From an uncultured Bacteroidales bacterium (GTDB lineage Bacteria; Bacteroidota; Bacteroidia; Bacteroidales; UBA1402), in NCBI GenBank assembly GCA_964575345.1, contig CAZNQD010000004.1, positions 7,325 to 71,324 on the forward strand: a stretch of DNA of 64,000 nucleotides, read 5' to 3'. Position 1 is the stretch's first letter. Each line of letters begins with the position of its first letter. Positions 1 through 8,038 of the stretch are shown piece by piece. The notes below the pieces were generated by a model. The model searched no databases, had not been told where the DNA came from, and worked only from the letters and a program-made list of their open reading frames with translations. A program made the position numbers and the translations under genes.

Positions 1-247
1 GCCATTTTTGTAAATTGGTCGAATCATCGGTCAAAGACCAGTTCTCCAGATTAACAGCCTGATCTCCGGCATTGTACAATTCTATCCAGTCCGAATTTTC
101 ACCGTCCTCATCTTGAATGATGCCATCGTTTATACTCATAAACTCATTGATGACCAGCTTAGAATCGGCATTAACAGCGAAAACTGAAGATAAAAATAAT
201 ACCAGGAGTAAACCGGTTTTAAGAGCGGCAGTCACAAATCGCAGCAT
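1..247 (-). CDS. Secreted lamin-tail-domain (LTD) protein, N-terminal fragment running off the window edge (absent from ORF track)
   Basis: Manual translation from ATG at 247: MLRFVTAALKTGLLLVLFLSSVFAVNADSKLVINEFMSINDGIIQDEDGENSDWIELYNAGDQAVNLENWSLTDDSTNLQKW. This is a signal peptide plus the VINEFM..N...D..DWIELYN...L..W.L.D LTD signature. Confidence 0.85.
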   Translation of the reverse strand, partial: MLRFVTAALKTGLLLVLFLSSVFAVNADSKLVINEFMSINDGIIQDEDGENSDWIELYNAGDQAVNLENWSLTDDSTNLQKW

Positions 248-313
248 ACAAATAAAGAGAAAAGGATTAGGATTTGGGTTATTCAACAAGTACAAAAATC
301 AACAATAAAGCGA

Positions 314-321
314 CAAAAATA
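314..321 (-). promoter_or_regulatory. Bacteroidota primary-sigma -7 element (TATTTTTG) for the LTD gene
   Basis: TAnnTTTG match upstream of ATG 247; back-to-back with the ansA promoter. Confidence 0.55.
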
Positions 322-351
322 GGCAAAATTTTGTAATTGTCTCTATTTGTC

Positions 352-359
352 TATTTTTG
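352..359 (+). promoter_or_regulatory. Bacteroidota -7 element (TATTTTTG) for ansA
   Basis: TAnnTTTG with TTTG (-33-like) at 330-333; supports a GTG start at 379. Confidence 0.6.
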
Positions 360-378
360 TGCATCTAAAACGAACATC

Positions 379-1443
379 GTGGAAAAACATAATGCGGTAT
401 TGCTAATCTGTACAGGCGGCACCATCAGTATGTCCGAAGATTCTGTTACCGGAGCATTGCGGCCTGTCAATTTTGAAAAGATCTTCGATTACCTGCCCGA
501 ATTAAGCAAAACCGGACTCAGAATAGATTCCATTGCTTTTGATCCACTTATAGACTCCTCCGACGTTGATCCTTCGAGCTGGAGCAAACTGGCCCATATC
601 ATCTACGACCACTACGGTCAATACGATGGTTTTGTAGTGTTGCACGGAACCGATACCATGGCTTATTCGGCTTCGGCTCTGAGTTTTATGTTGAACAACC
701 TGGCCAAAGCCGTCATTTTTACAGGCTCACAATTGCCTCTGGGAGTATTGCGTTCCGATGCGCGCGAAAACCTGCTCACTGCCATCGAAATTGCCGCAGC
801 CAGAGAAAACGGCCAGGCCATGGTGCCCGAAGTCTGCATCTTTTTCGAAGACACTTTATTGAGGGGCAACAGAACTACCAAACATAACGCAGACCACTTT
901 AACGCTTTTCGCTCGCACAATTATCCTCCTTTGGCCAAGGCGGGAGTACACATTAAATACGCCAAAAAATTCATACATTATCCAAACCCGCAAAGCTTAC
1001 TCAGCCTGCGTACCCGCATCGACCAACAAGTGGCCGTACTGAAAATATTTCCGGGAATTTCAGAAAAAACGGTGCGAGCCATCCTGGAGATACCCGGCCT
1101 GAAAGCAGTAGTACTCGAAACCTTCGGTTCAGGCAATGCCCCCCGTCAGGAATGGTTACGAAAAGCCCTTTCAGAAGCCAGTGACAAAGGCATTATTCTG
1201 GTCAACAAAACCCAATGCGCAGTAGGTTCGGTAGAAATGGGACGCTACGAAACCAGCCTCGACTTGCTGAAAGCCGGTGTACTGAGCGGTATAGACATTA
1301 CCACCGAAGCCATCGTGACTAAACTGATGTATCTGATGGGGGAACATGCTTCAACGGAAGAGGTAAAAAAACTTCTGCAGACCAACCTTTGCGGAGAGAT
1401 AAGCCTCGAAGACGAACAGGCCTACTCCGAACCCTTGCGATGA
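379..1443 (+). CDS. ansA: Type I (cytoplasmic) L-asparaginase
   Basis: TGGTI and HGTDTM catalytic motifs, FTGSQLP, FRSHNYPPL; start set to GTG 379 downstream of the promoter (ORF track start 337). Confidence 0.93.
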   Translation: MEKHNAVLLICTGGTISMSEDSVTGALRPVNFEKIFDYLPELSKTGLRIDSIAFDPLIDSSDVDPSSWSKLAHIIYDHYGQYDGFVVLHGTDTMAYSASALSFMLNNLAKAVIFTGSQLPLGVLRSDARENLLTAIEIAAARENGQAMVPEVCIFFEDTLLRGNRTTKHNADHFNAFRSHNYPPLAKAGVHIKYAKKFIHYPNPQSLLSLRTRIDQQVAVLKIFPGISEKTVRAILEIPGLKAVVLETFGSGNAPRQEWLRKALSEASDKGIILVNKTQCAVGSVEMGRYETSLDLLKAGVLSGIDITTEAIVTKLMYLMGEHASTEEVKKLLQTNLCGEISLEDEQAYSEPLR

Positions 1444-1452
1444 AGGAGCTTG

Positions 1453-3567
1453 TTATTCCGTAAAACGCTTAATGAGGTTATAAGCCTGATACATTCCCAA
1501 TTCTCCGGCTTTACTCAAATCTCTCAGGGCGTTTTCGCGTTCGCCCAGATAAATACGTATAATTCCTCTGTTGTACCAGGCTTCGGCAAAATCGGGACTG
1601 AGTTCTATGGCCCGGTTGAAGTCTTCGAGGGCACTGCGATAATCCTTTTGCAAAAAACGGATGTAGCCTCTGTTGTACCAGGCATAAACAAATTCGGGCG
1701 CGATTTCCAGCACTTTCTCGTAATCCTGCATCACCAGTATATATTCCGCTCCAAATGCTTCTTCGCCTATGGGACTAAGTTTGGAGTCTGACTGTTTGTC
1801 TTCATCCGGTTTCTTATTTGAATAGGCTGAGAGTTGGGTTTCTTCCTGCGTATTCTGCGACTGTTCAAACATAAGCAGGTCGAAACGAAGGTTGGCCCTC
1901 TCAAAATAGGCCAGGACGAAGTTCTTATCCAAAAACAAGGCACGGTTCAGGTCAAGCAGCGCATTATCGTTATCCTTGACCAAAGCAAAATCCAAGGCTC
2001 TGGCGAAGAACAGTACTGCTCTTCCGGCGTTGTCTCCTATTAACTTGGAATAAAGGTCAATAGATTCAAAATGCTTTTCGATTTGCTCCTCACTTAGCGA
2101 TTTGCAGCGGTTGGAAATGACCATTCCTTCGAGGCGAACATCGCTTTGATTGAGCGATTCCAGATAGCGATGGTAATTCATGGGACGTTTCACCCTGACG
2201 GGATGCAATTCCTCGTAAAAGCTCAGACGGTACATAGGCTCCAGGGCAATCCGGACTTGCTGATCCTGTACTCTGCCCCTGATTGGATTGGCATAGCGGC
2301 TTGATTGCTCCAATTCATTGGGAGGCACTATCACCCGATTGTATTTAAATAAATCCTTGTCTGCTTCTTCACGGGTTTTTTCATCTTCCTGCCTATCACC
2401 CGCGGCACTGACTTCTTTGCCGGAAGCACGTTGCTCACGTATCTTGTTTTCCAGGTCCCAGGCGGCAAAATAATCTTTGTCTGCTCCTTTGGTATCTTTC
2501 ATTTTTTTACGCAGTTCCGAACGCTGGTAAAAAGCAGGATAAAAATTGGGATAACGGTCAATTATCAGGCTCAAATCTGCCTCAGCACCCTTCAGGTCTC
2601 CGGTGTTCGATCTTAATACTGCACGGTTGTATATAGCCATATCGTTGCCCGATTCCATAAAAATGACTTTATCGAAGTCTTCGATGGCCCTGTTGTCGTC
2701 GCCTACTTCCGCTCTGATTAATCCGCGGTTGAAATAGGCAGTCAGGGAATTGGGATTTATTTGTACCACACGGTCCAAATCGCTCAGGGAGCCTCTGTAA
2801 TCATTGAGATGATAACGGGCCAGGGCTCTGTTGATAAAATACGATTCATTGTCGGGCTCCAGATGTATGGCTTCGTTGAAATCACTGATGGCGTCGGTAA
2901 AATTTTTGCGCAACAAATTAACGTAAGCCCTGGAAGCGTAGGCGGGAGCAAAATAACGATCCACAGCCAAAGCCCGGCTGAAATCATCGACGGCTCCAAG
3001 CGTATCGCCTGTTTCCACAGACAATTGCCCACGGCTCATATAGGCATACAGAAAGTTGGGGTCTTTGCGTAATAATTCATCCAGGTCTTTGCGGGCTTCC
3101 TGGTGCTGACCGGCGTACATTCGGGAAATGCCTTTGTTGAGCATCAATCCTTTGTGTTCGGTGTTGAACTCCAGGCCTTGCACGCAATCCTCTATGGCTG
3201 CCTCGTATTTTTTGAGATGCATGCGGGCATAGCTTCTGAAATAATAAGCCCTGACAATAAAGGGATTACGTTCAAGTGCAGCCGTGCAATCTTCTTCGGC
3301 ACTCAAAAAATCTTCGAGGCTCAGCTTGGCGACTGCCCGATACAAATAAGGCTCCGCCAGATAAGGCTTTGAGTGGATTACCTGATTAAAGTATTGTATG
3401 GAAAGGATATAATCTTCGAAATACAAGGCATTCCGACCGACGGTCATCATCCTGTCGGTATTGATCTGCGCTTTTATCACAGGCCATGGAGTCAATAAGG
3501 CTATCAGCAACAACAGGGCTGTCAGCAAGCCCCGGTATAATGTTCTATCCCCATCCCGGTTTGTCAT
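1453..3567 (-). CDS. Secreted multi-TPR protein
   Basis: Many TPR repeats (AYFNRG, AWYNRG, A..D...A) after an N-terminal hydrophobic segment; start set to M55 of the ORF because the longer start overlaps def. Confidence 0.85.
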   Translation of the reverse strand: MTNRDGDRTLYRGLLTALLLLIALLTPWPVIKAQINTDRMMTVGRNALYFEDYILSIQYFNQVIHSKPYLAEPYLYRAVAKLSLEDFLSAEEDCTAALERNPFIVRAYYFRSYARMHLKKYEAAIEDCVQGLEFNTEHKGLMLNKGISRMYAGQHQEARKDLDELLRKDPNFLYAYMSRGQLSVETGDTLGAVDDFSRALAVDRYFAPAYASRAYVNLLRKNFTDAISDFNEAIHLEPDNESYFINRALARYHLNDYRGSLSDLDRVVQINPNSLTAYFNRGLIRAEVGDDNRAIEDFDKVIFMESGNDMAIYNRAVLRSNTGDLKGAEADLSLIIDRYPNFYPAFYQRSELRKKMKDTKGADKDYFAAWDLENKIREQRASGKEVSAAGDRQEDEKTREEADKDLFKYNRVIVPPNELEQSSRYANPIRGRVQDQQVRIALEPMYRLSFYEELHPVRVKRPMNYHRYLESLNQSDVRLEGMVISNRCKSLSEEQIEKHFESIDLYSKLIGDNAGRAVLFFARALDFALVKDNDNALLDLNRALFLDKNFVLAYFERANLRFDLLMFEQSQNTQEETQLSAYSNKKPDEDKQSDSKLSPIGEEAFGAEYILVMQDYEKVLEIAPEFVYAWYNRGYIRFLQKDYRSALEDFNRAIELSPDFAEAWYNRGIIRIYLGERENALRDLSKAGELGMYQAYNLIKRFTE

Positions 3568-3610
3568 GTATTGCTGTTTTCTGTTACTATTCAAGGTATT
3601 TAAATACAGC

Positions 3611-4165
3611 TCAACGCAAAGCTCTGGTTTTGTAAGTGCAATCCACCCTGCCTTTTGCAATGTTGTTGAGTTTGCCTTTGACCAGTTGTTTACGAATAGG
3701 ATTAATGCGGTCGGTGAAAACCTTGCCATTCAAATGATCGTATTCGTGCTGAATTACCCTGGCTGCATAATCTTCGAAGACTTCCTCGTGTTGTTTAAAA
3801 TCAGTATCCTGGTATTGCAACACTATTTTTCTGCTCCTGGGTACATTTTCGTGGATACCCGGCACACTCAGGCAACCTTCTTCCAAAATTTCCGTATCCT
3901 CGGAATACTCCAGAATCTTAGGATTTATAAAGCTTCGGGTATAGTCCGCAAAAGCAGGTTCCTGATCGGCCAGCGGCCTTAAATCAACAATAAAAAGCCT
4001 GATGGGCAGGCCAACCTGAGGAGCTGCCAGGCCTACGCCGTCGGCATGTTCCAGGGTGTCCTGCATATTGATTATGAGCTCTTTGAGTCCGGGATAATCC
4101 GGCCCGATTTCTTCGGCCTCTTTACGAAGAACACTTTGGCCGTATAAATAAATGGGTAATTGCAT
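3611..4165 (-). CDS. def: Peptide deformylase
   Basis: GVGLAAPQ, EGCLS and QHEYDHL motifs. Confidence 0.97.
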   Translation of the reverse strand: MQLPIYLYGQSVLRKEAEEIGPDYPGLKELIINMQDTLEHADGVGLAAPQVGLPIRLFIVDLRPLADQEPAFADYTRSFINPKILEYSEDTEILEEGCLSVPGIHENVPRSRKIVLQYQDTDFKQHEEVFEDYAARVIQHEYDHLNGKVFTDRINPIRKQLVKGKLNNIAKGRVDCTYKTRALR

Positions 4166-4168
4166 AAT

Positions 4169-4582
4169 TTATTTGTTGTATTCCATGTAATCCTGCAGTA
4201 ATATGGTAGCACTCACTTCATCGGCCAAGGCTTTGTTCTGACGGTCTTTCTTTTTTAATCCCCCTTCGAGCATGGCTCTGTGAGCCAATACAGAAGTGAA
4301 ACGTTCATCTGAATACACCAATGGGATCTCCGGATATTTCTTCTTGAATTTGCGGACATAAGGCTCTATATAGCTCATGGCTTCGGATGGTTCGTTATTG
4401 AGCTGTTTGGGCAAACCCATCACCACCAGGTCGATTTTTTCTTCTTTGAGATACTGCTCAAAAAAAGCATCCAAATCCTGAGTCCCAACCGTTTTCAATC
4501 CGTTGGCAATAAGTTTTAGAGGATCACTGACAGCTATTCCGCAACGTTTTCGTCCATAATCTATGGCCAGAATTCTTCCCAT
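4169..4582 (-). CDS. ruvX: YqgF/RuvX family nuclease (pre-16S rRNA processing / Holliday junction resolvase-like)
   Basis: ILAIDYGRKRCGIAVSD, DERFTS, A.ILLQ.Y motifs. Confidence 0.95.
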   Translation of the reverse strand: MGRILAIDYGRKRCGIAVSDPLKLIANGLKTVGTQDLDAFFEQYLKEEKIDLVVMGLPKQLNNEPSEAMSYIEPYVRKFKKKYPEIPLVYSDERFTSVLAHRAMLEGGLKKKDRQNKALADEVSATILLQDYMEYNK

Positions 4583-4602
4583 ATCTTTTTAAAAATCAAC
4601 TA

Positions 4603-4610
4603 CAAAAATA
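4603..4610 (-). promoter_or_regulatory. -7 element (TATTTTTG) for the ruvX-def-TPR operon
   Basis: TAnnTTTG 21 nt upstream of the ruvX ATG. Confidence 0.55.
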
Positions 4611-4770
4611 CACTAATTATTGTTCTTGCGCAGGATTCCGGGCTTAAAAAAACCGATTTAGGGTATTAAAAAAACAATATAAATGAACTAATCTATTGAT
4701 TAATAATATGATAAATAATTTGAGCTGTAATTCTGTCACTTAAATTGCCACTTTGGCAGCAATCTGCTTC

Positions 4771-4785
4771 AGGCACAGGATTTGT
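4771..4785 (+). promoter_or_regulatory. Putative sigma54-type (-24/-12) promoter upstream of hsp20
   Basis: AGGCAC-AGGAT-TTGT has the GGCAC-N5-TTG spacing of the RpoN consensus (GT instead of GC at -12); preceded by palindrome TGCCA-N3-TGGCA at 4746-4758. Confidence 0.4.
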
Positions 4786-4842
4786 GTATTATAAAGCAGT
4801 GATGAATTAAAACAAATACTATAACTCTTAATACTTACAGCT

Positions 4843-5277
4843 ATGACAACAACTATCAGAAGATTTCAAAACAACTGGTTTCCGGGCCTGTTTAACGACA
4901 TGTTTGATAAAGAATTTACAGTCAGTACTCCGATTTGTACTCCTGCTGTCAACGTTATCGAAAACGAAGAACTCTATCGCATAGAAATGACCGCTCCCGG
5001 TATGACCAAAGAAGATTTCAGCATCAGGCTGGACGAAAACGATGTTTTGGTGGTGGAAATGAAAAAAACCACAGACAAAAAGGAAGAGAACAAAAAACTC
5101 AATTACCTGCGCCGTGAATTTGCCTATACTGAATTCAAGCGGAGCTACTACCTTCCCGAAGATGTAGACAAAAACCACATCAAAGCCGGTATGGAAAATG
5201 GGGTACTCAATATTGAACTCCATAAAAAAACAGAGGCTCAAAAAGCCGGCGAAGTAAAACGAATCGAAATCAATTAA
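4843..5277 (+). CDS. Hsp20/alpha-crystallin small heat-shock protein
   Basis: PAVNVIE, APG..KEDF, RREF.Y..F.RS..LPEDVD, A..ENGVL.I motifs. Confidence 0.95.
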   Translation: MTTTIRRFQNNWFPGLFNDMFDKEFTVSTPICTPAVNVIENEELYRIEMTAPGMTKEDFSIRLDENDVLVVEMKKTTDKKEENKKLNYLRREFAYTEFKRSYYLPEDVDKNHIKAGMENGVLNIELHKKTEAQKAGEVKRIEIN

Positions 5278-5301
5278 TTGATTCGGGTATTAGTCCAAAG
5301 G

Positions 5302-5338
5302 AAACGGGGACCCTGTTGTAAATACAGAGTCCCCGTTT
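5302..5338. terminator. Probably bidirectional intrinsic terminator between convergent hsp20 and TPR genes
   Basis: AAACGGGGAC / GTCCCCGTTT perfect arms (extendable CTGT/ACAG), A/T flanks on both sides. Confidence 0.8.
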
Positions 5339-5354
5339 TAATTGATGCAATACT

Positions 5355-6167
5355 TTATCGTCCTATGCTTTTTTTGTAATCTTCGAAACGCTTGACGTTT
5401 TCCTTACTAAGATTAATGTAATTGGCGGCATTTTTGTTTTCAGGATCGTACTTTAATACCTCTTCGAACAAACTAATCGCCTCTTTATACTTTTCACTGG
5501 CTTTGTTCATTGTTGATATATAGGCATCTATATTAGTACTGGAAGCTGTTCCTGCTATAGAGTTGGCTTCATTGAAAGGTTTAGAGGCTTCACGCATGAG
5601 TTGTGTACTCAACAAAGCGGACATATTCTTGGTGTATTTGCTTTCCGGATAATTTTCCAGCCCTTTAACCAATACTTCTTTCATTTGTTCTATGTTTTCT
5701 CTATCCTTAAGAATTAATGCCTTTGAGTAGGTAGAAGCATCGTCGCGGTATTTAAGCTCAATACATTGCTCGTACAAATCAAGCGCAAGAGTATCTTTTC
5801 CACGTTGCCGGGCCAGGTTGGCATAGTTGAACAAAAAGTTACCGTCGGTGGGTGTATCAGAACGGTTGAAGGAAGCGTATTTGGCAAAATAGTCAAAGGC
5901 TATTTCGTATTCTTTGGCCTGTATCATGGAAAAACCTGCGTACTTATGTGCAGACTCATAGAGGCTTAAGGTGTAAATATCGTCGGCAACACCCTCTGCA
6001 CCGGATTTTAGGTATTTTTCCCAATGGCCGATGGCCGTAATGTAATCCTTTTGATTATAAGCCAGGTTTCCATCGTTCTTGATTTTATCCGTTTCACTGG
6101 GCTCATCTTGTGCAAAAACTGTAATCATGGGCAAAAGAGCCAAAAATAATAAAGCTGTTTTTTTCAT
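5355..6167 (-). CDS. Secreted TPR-like protein
   Basis: Signal peptide MKKTALLFLALLPMITVFAQ, helical TPR-like repeats; -7 element TACCTTTG at 6201-6208 supports start 6167. Confidence 0.75.
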   Translation of the reverse strand: MKKTALLFLALLPMITVFAQDEPSETDKIKNDGNLAYNQKDYITAIGHWEKYLKSGAEGVADDIYTLSLYESAHKYAGFSMIQAKEYEIAFDYFAKYASFNRSDTPTDGNFLFNYANLARQRGKDTLALDLYEQCIELKYRDDASTYSKALILKDRENIEQMKEVLVKGLENYPESKYTKNMSALLSTQLMREASKPFNEANSIAGTASSTNIDAYISTMNKASEKYKEAISLFEEVLKYDPENKNAANYINLSKENVKRFEDYKKSIGR

Positions 6168-6376
6168 GTTGTTTTTTTGATAGTTAGTAAAAGAATGCCT
6201 CAAAGGTATACAATTTTTTATTCCGCATATGTGAAAAAATCTAAACAAAATTTAGCCCTCCCTTGCTTTCATACTTTTTCTGAGGAAACTGTTTATATTC
6301 ATTTATTTTTTATAGCTTTGCAAATCGAAAAAAGCCCCCCTTGACAAATATATAATTATCAATTACACAAAGGATT

Positions 6377-8038
6377 ATGACTTGGTTAGCTGAACTTATT
6401 CAGAACGATTCCGTAGCTCGCACAATTTTAATTTTGGCCGTAGTAATTTCAAGTGGTATTTACTTAGGCAGAATTAAAGTTTTCGGCATCTCTCTGGGAA
6501 TTACCTGGGTTTTGTTCGTCGGTCTGATACTGGGTCATTTCGGATTTAGTGTCCAATCCGGGGTTTTACATTTTATAAAAGAATTTGGCCTGATACTCTT
6601 TGTATATTCCATAGGCATGCAAGTCGGCCCCGGCTTTTTTTCTTCTTTTAAACAAGGGGGTATACGCTTGAATATGTTGGCTGTAGGAATAGTTCTATTG
6701 GGAGTTTTAACGGTTCTGGGTTTTTTCTGGCTAAGCGATTATCCCATGACTACACTGGTTGGAATTATGTCCGGCGCTGTTACCAACACCCCCGGCCTGG
6801 GAGCTGCGCAACAGGCTTATGTGGAAATGCACCAAAGTAATGCGCCCGACATTGCGCTGGGTTATGCTGTCGCCTACCCTCTGGGTGTGGTAGGTATCAT
6901 TGGCTCAACCATCTTAATACGAATCCTGTACAAAATTAAATTCAAGGACGAAAGCCGCCGTATTCAGGAAGAATACGAACATCAACACAACGCTTTCGTA
7001 TTGGCCAGTGTAGAACTTATGAATCCTGCCTTGTTTGGAAAAACCGTCGAAGAAATTCACCGCTTGTCGTTTGCTCAATTTGTGGTTTCGCGGATTCTCA
7101 AAAGCGATCAGCGCATGGAATTGTGTAACAATACCACCAAACTCGAAGAACAGGACAAAATTCTGATAGCTACCGATGCAGGAGATCTTCAGGCAGTAAT
7201 TGCCTTTTTTGGGAAACGCATCGAAATGGACTGGAACAAAATTCCATCGGATTTGGTTTCGAGGCGTATCCTGCTCACGAAAAGCAACATCAACGGTAAA
7301 ACCCTCGGTTCCCTACACCTGAGAAAACTCTACGGTGTCAATGTAACCAGGGTAAACCGCTCTGGTATGGATTTGCTGGCTTCTCCCTCGCTCACCCTTC
7401 AAATGGGCGACCGTCTGATGGTAGTTGGAAGTCTGGAATCCATACAAAAAATTGAAAGCCTCCTGGGCAATTCACTCAAACGACTTAGAGAGCCCAACCT
7501 GATTCCTATTTTTCTGGGCATCATTCTGGGCGTTTTGCTCGGAAGTCTACCATTTCGTTTTCCGGGTATACCTCAGGCCGTAAAACTGGGACTGGCAGGA
7601 GGCCCGCTCATTATTGCCATTCTTCTGAGCCGTTTTGGCCCGAAATACGGTTTACTCACCTATACCACCATGAGTGCCAACCTGATGCTCAGGGAACTTG
7701 GAATTACCCTGTTTTTGTGCAGCGTAGGCATCGGAGCCGGCGACGGCTTTGTCGAAACTGTTTTCAACATCCAGGGATTGAGTTGGGTTGGCATAGGTTT
7801 GGTGATTACCGTTTTACCACTGCTTATCGTTGGCATTTTAGCCCGTAGCGTTTTCAAATTGAATTACCTGGACATAATGGGGCTGTTGTCCGGAAGTATG
7901 ACCGACCCGCCTGCCCTGGCTTACGCCAACAGCAGTTCGGGCAGCGATCAACCTGTAGTAGCCTACTCTACTGTTTATCCTTTAACCATGTTTTTACGCG
8001 TCCTTTGCGCGCAAATACTGATTTTGATCTTTGCCTGA
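6377..8038 (+). CDS. AspT/YidE/YbjL family antiporter with two TrkA-C (RCK_C) domains
   Basis: Duplicated membrane domains (GAVTNTPGLGAAQ; GSMTDPPAL) flanking soluble RCK_C repeats; -7 element TAGCTTTG at 6313-6320. Confidence 0.9.
   Translation: MTWLAELIQNDSVARTILILAVVISSGIYLGRIKVFGISLGITWVLFVGLILGHFGFSVQSGVLHFIKEFGLILFVYSIGMQVGPGFFSSFKQGGIRLNMLAVGIVLLGVLTVLGFFWLSDYPMTTLVGIMSGAVTNTPGLGAAQQAYVEMHQSNAPDIALGYAVAYPLGVVGIIGSTILIRILYKIKFKDESRRIQEEYEHQHNAFVLASVELMNPALFGKTVEEIHRLSFAQFVVSRILKSDQRMELCNNTTKLEEQDKILIATDAGDLQAVIAFFGKRIEMDWNKIPSDLVSRRILLTKSNINGKTLGSLHLRKLYGVNVTRVNRSGMDLLASPSLTLQMGDRLMVVGSLESIQKIESLLGNSLKRLREPNLIPIFLGIILGVLLGSLPFRFPGIPQAVKLGLAGGPLIIAILLSRFGPKYGLLTYTTMSANLMLRELGITLFLCSVGIGAGDGFVETVFNIQGLSWVGIGLVITVLPLLIVGILARSVFKLNYLDIMGLLSGSMTDPPALAYANSSSGSDQPVVAYSTVYPLTMFLRVLCAQILILIFA

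Noticed and set aside
117-308. 63-aa + strand ORF
   Set aside because: Antisense to the LTD gene, which carries the real domain signature.
313-360. Inverted repeat ACAAAAATAG...CTATTTTTGT
   Set aside because: Explained by two divergent TATTTTTG promoter elements rather than an operator or MITE.
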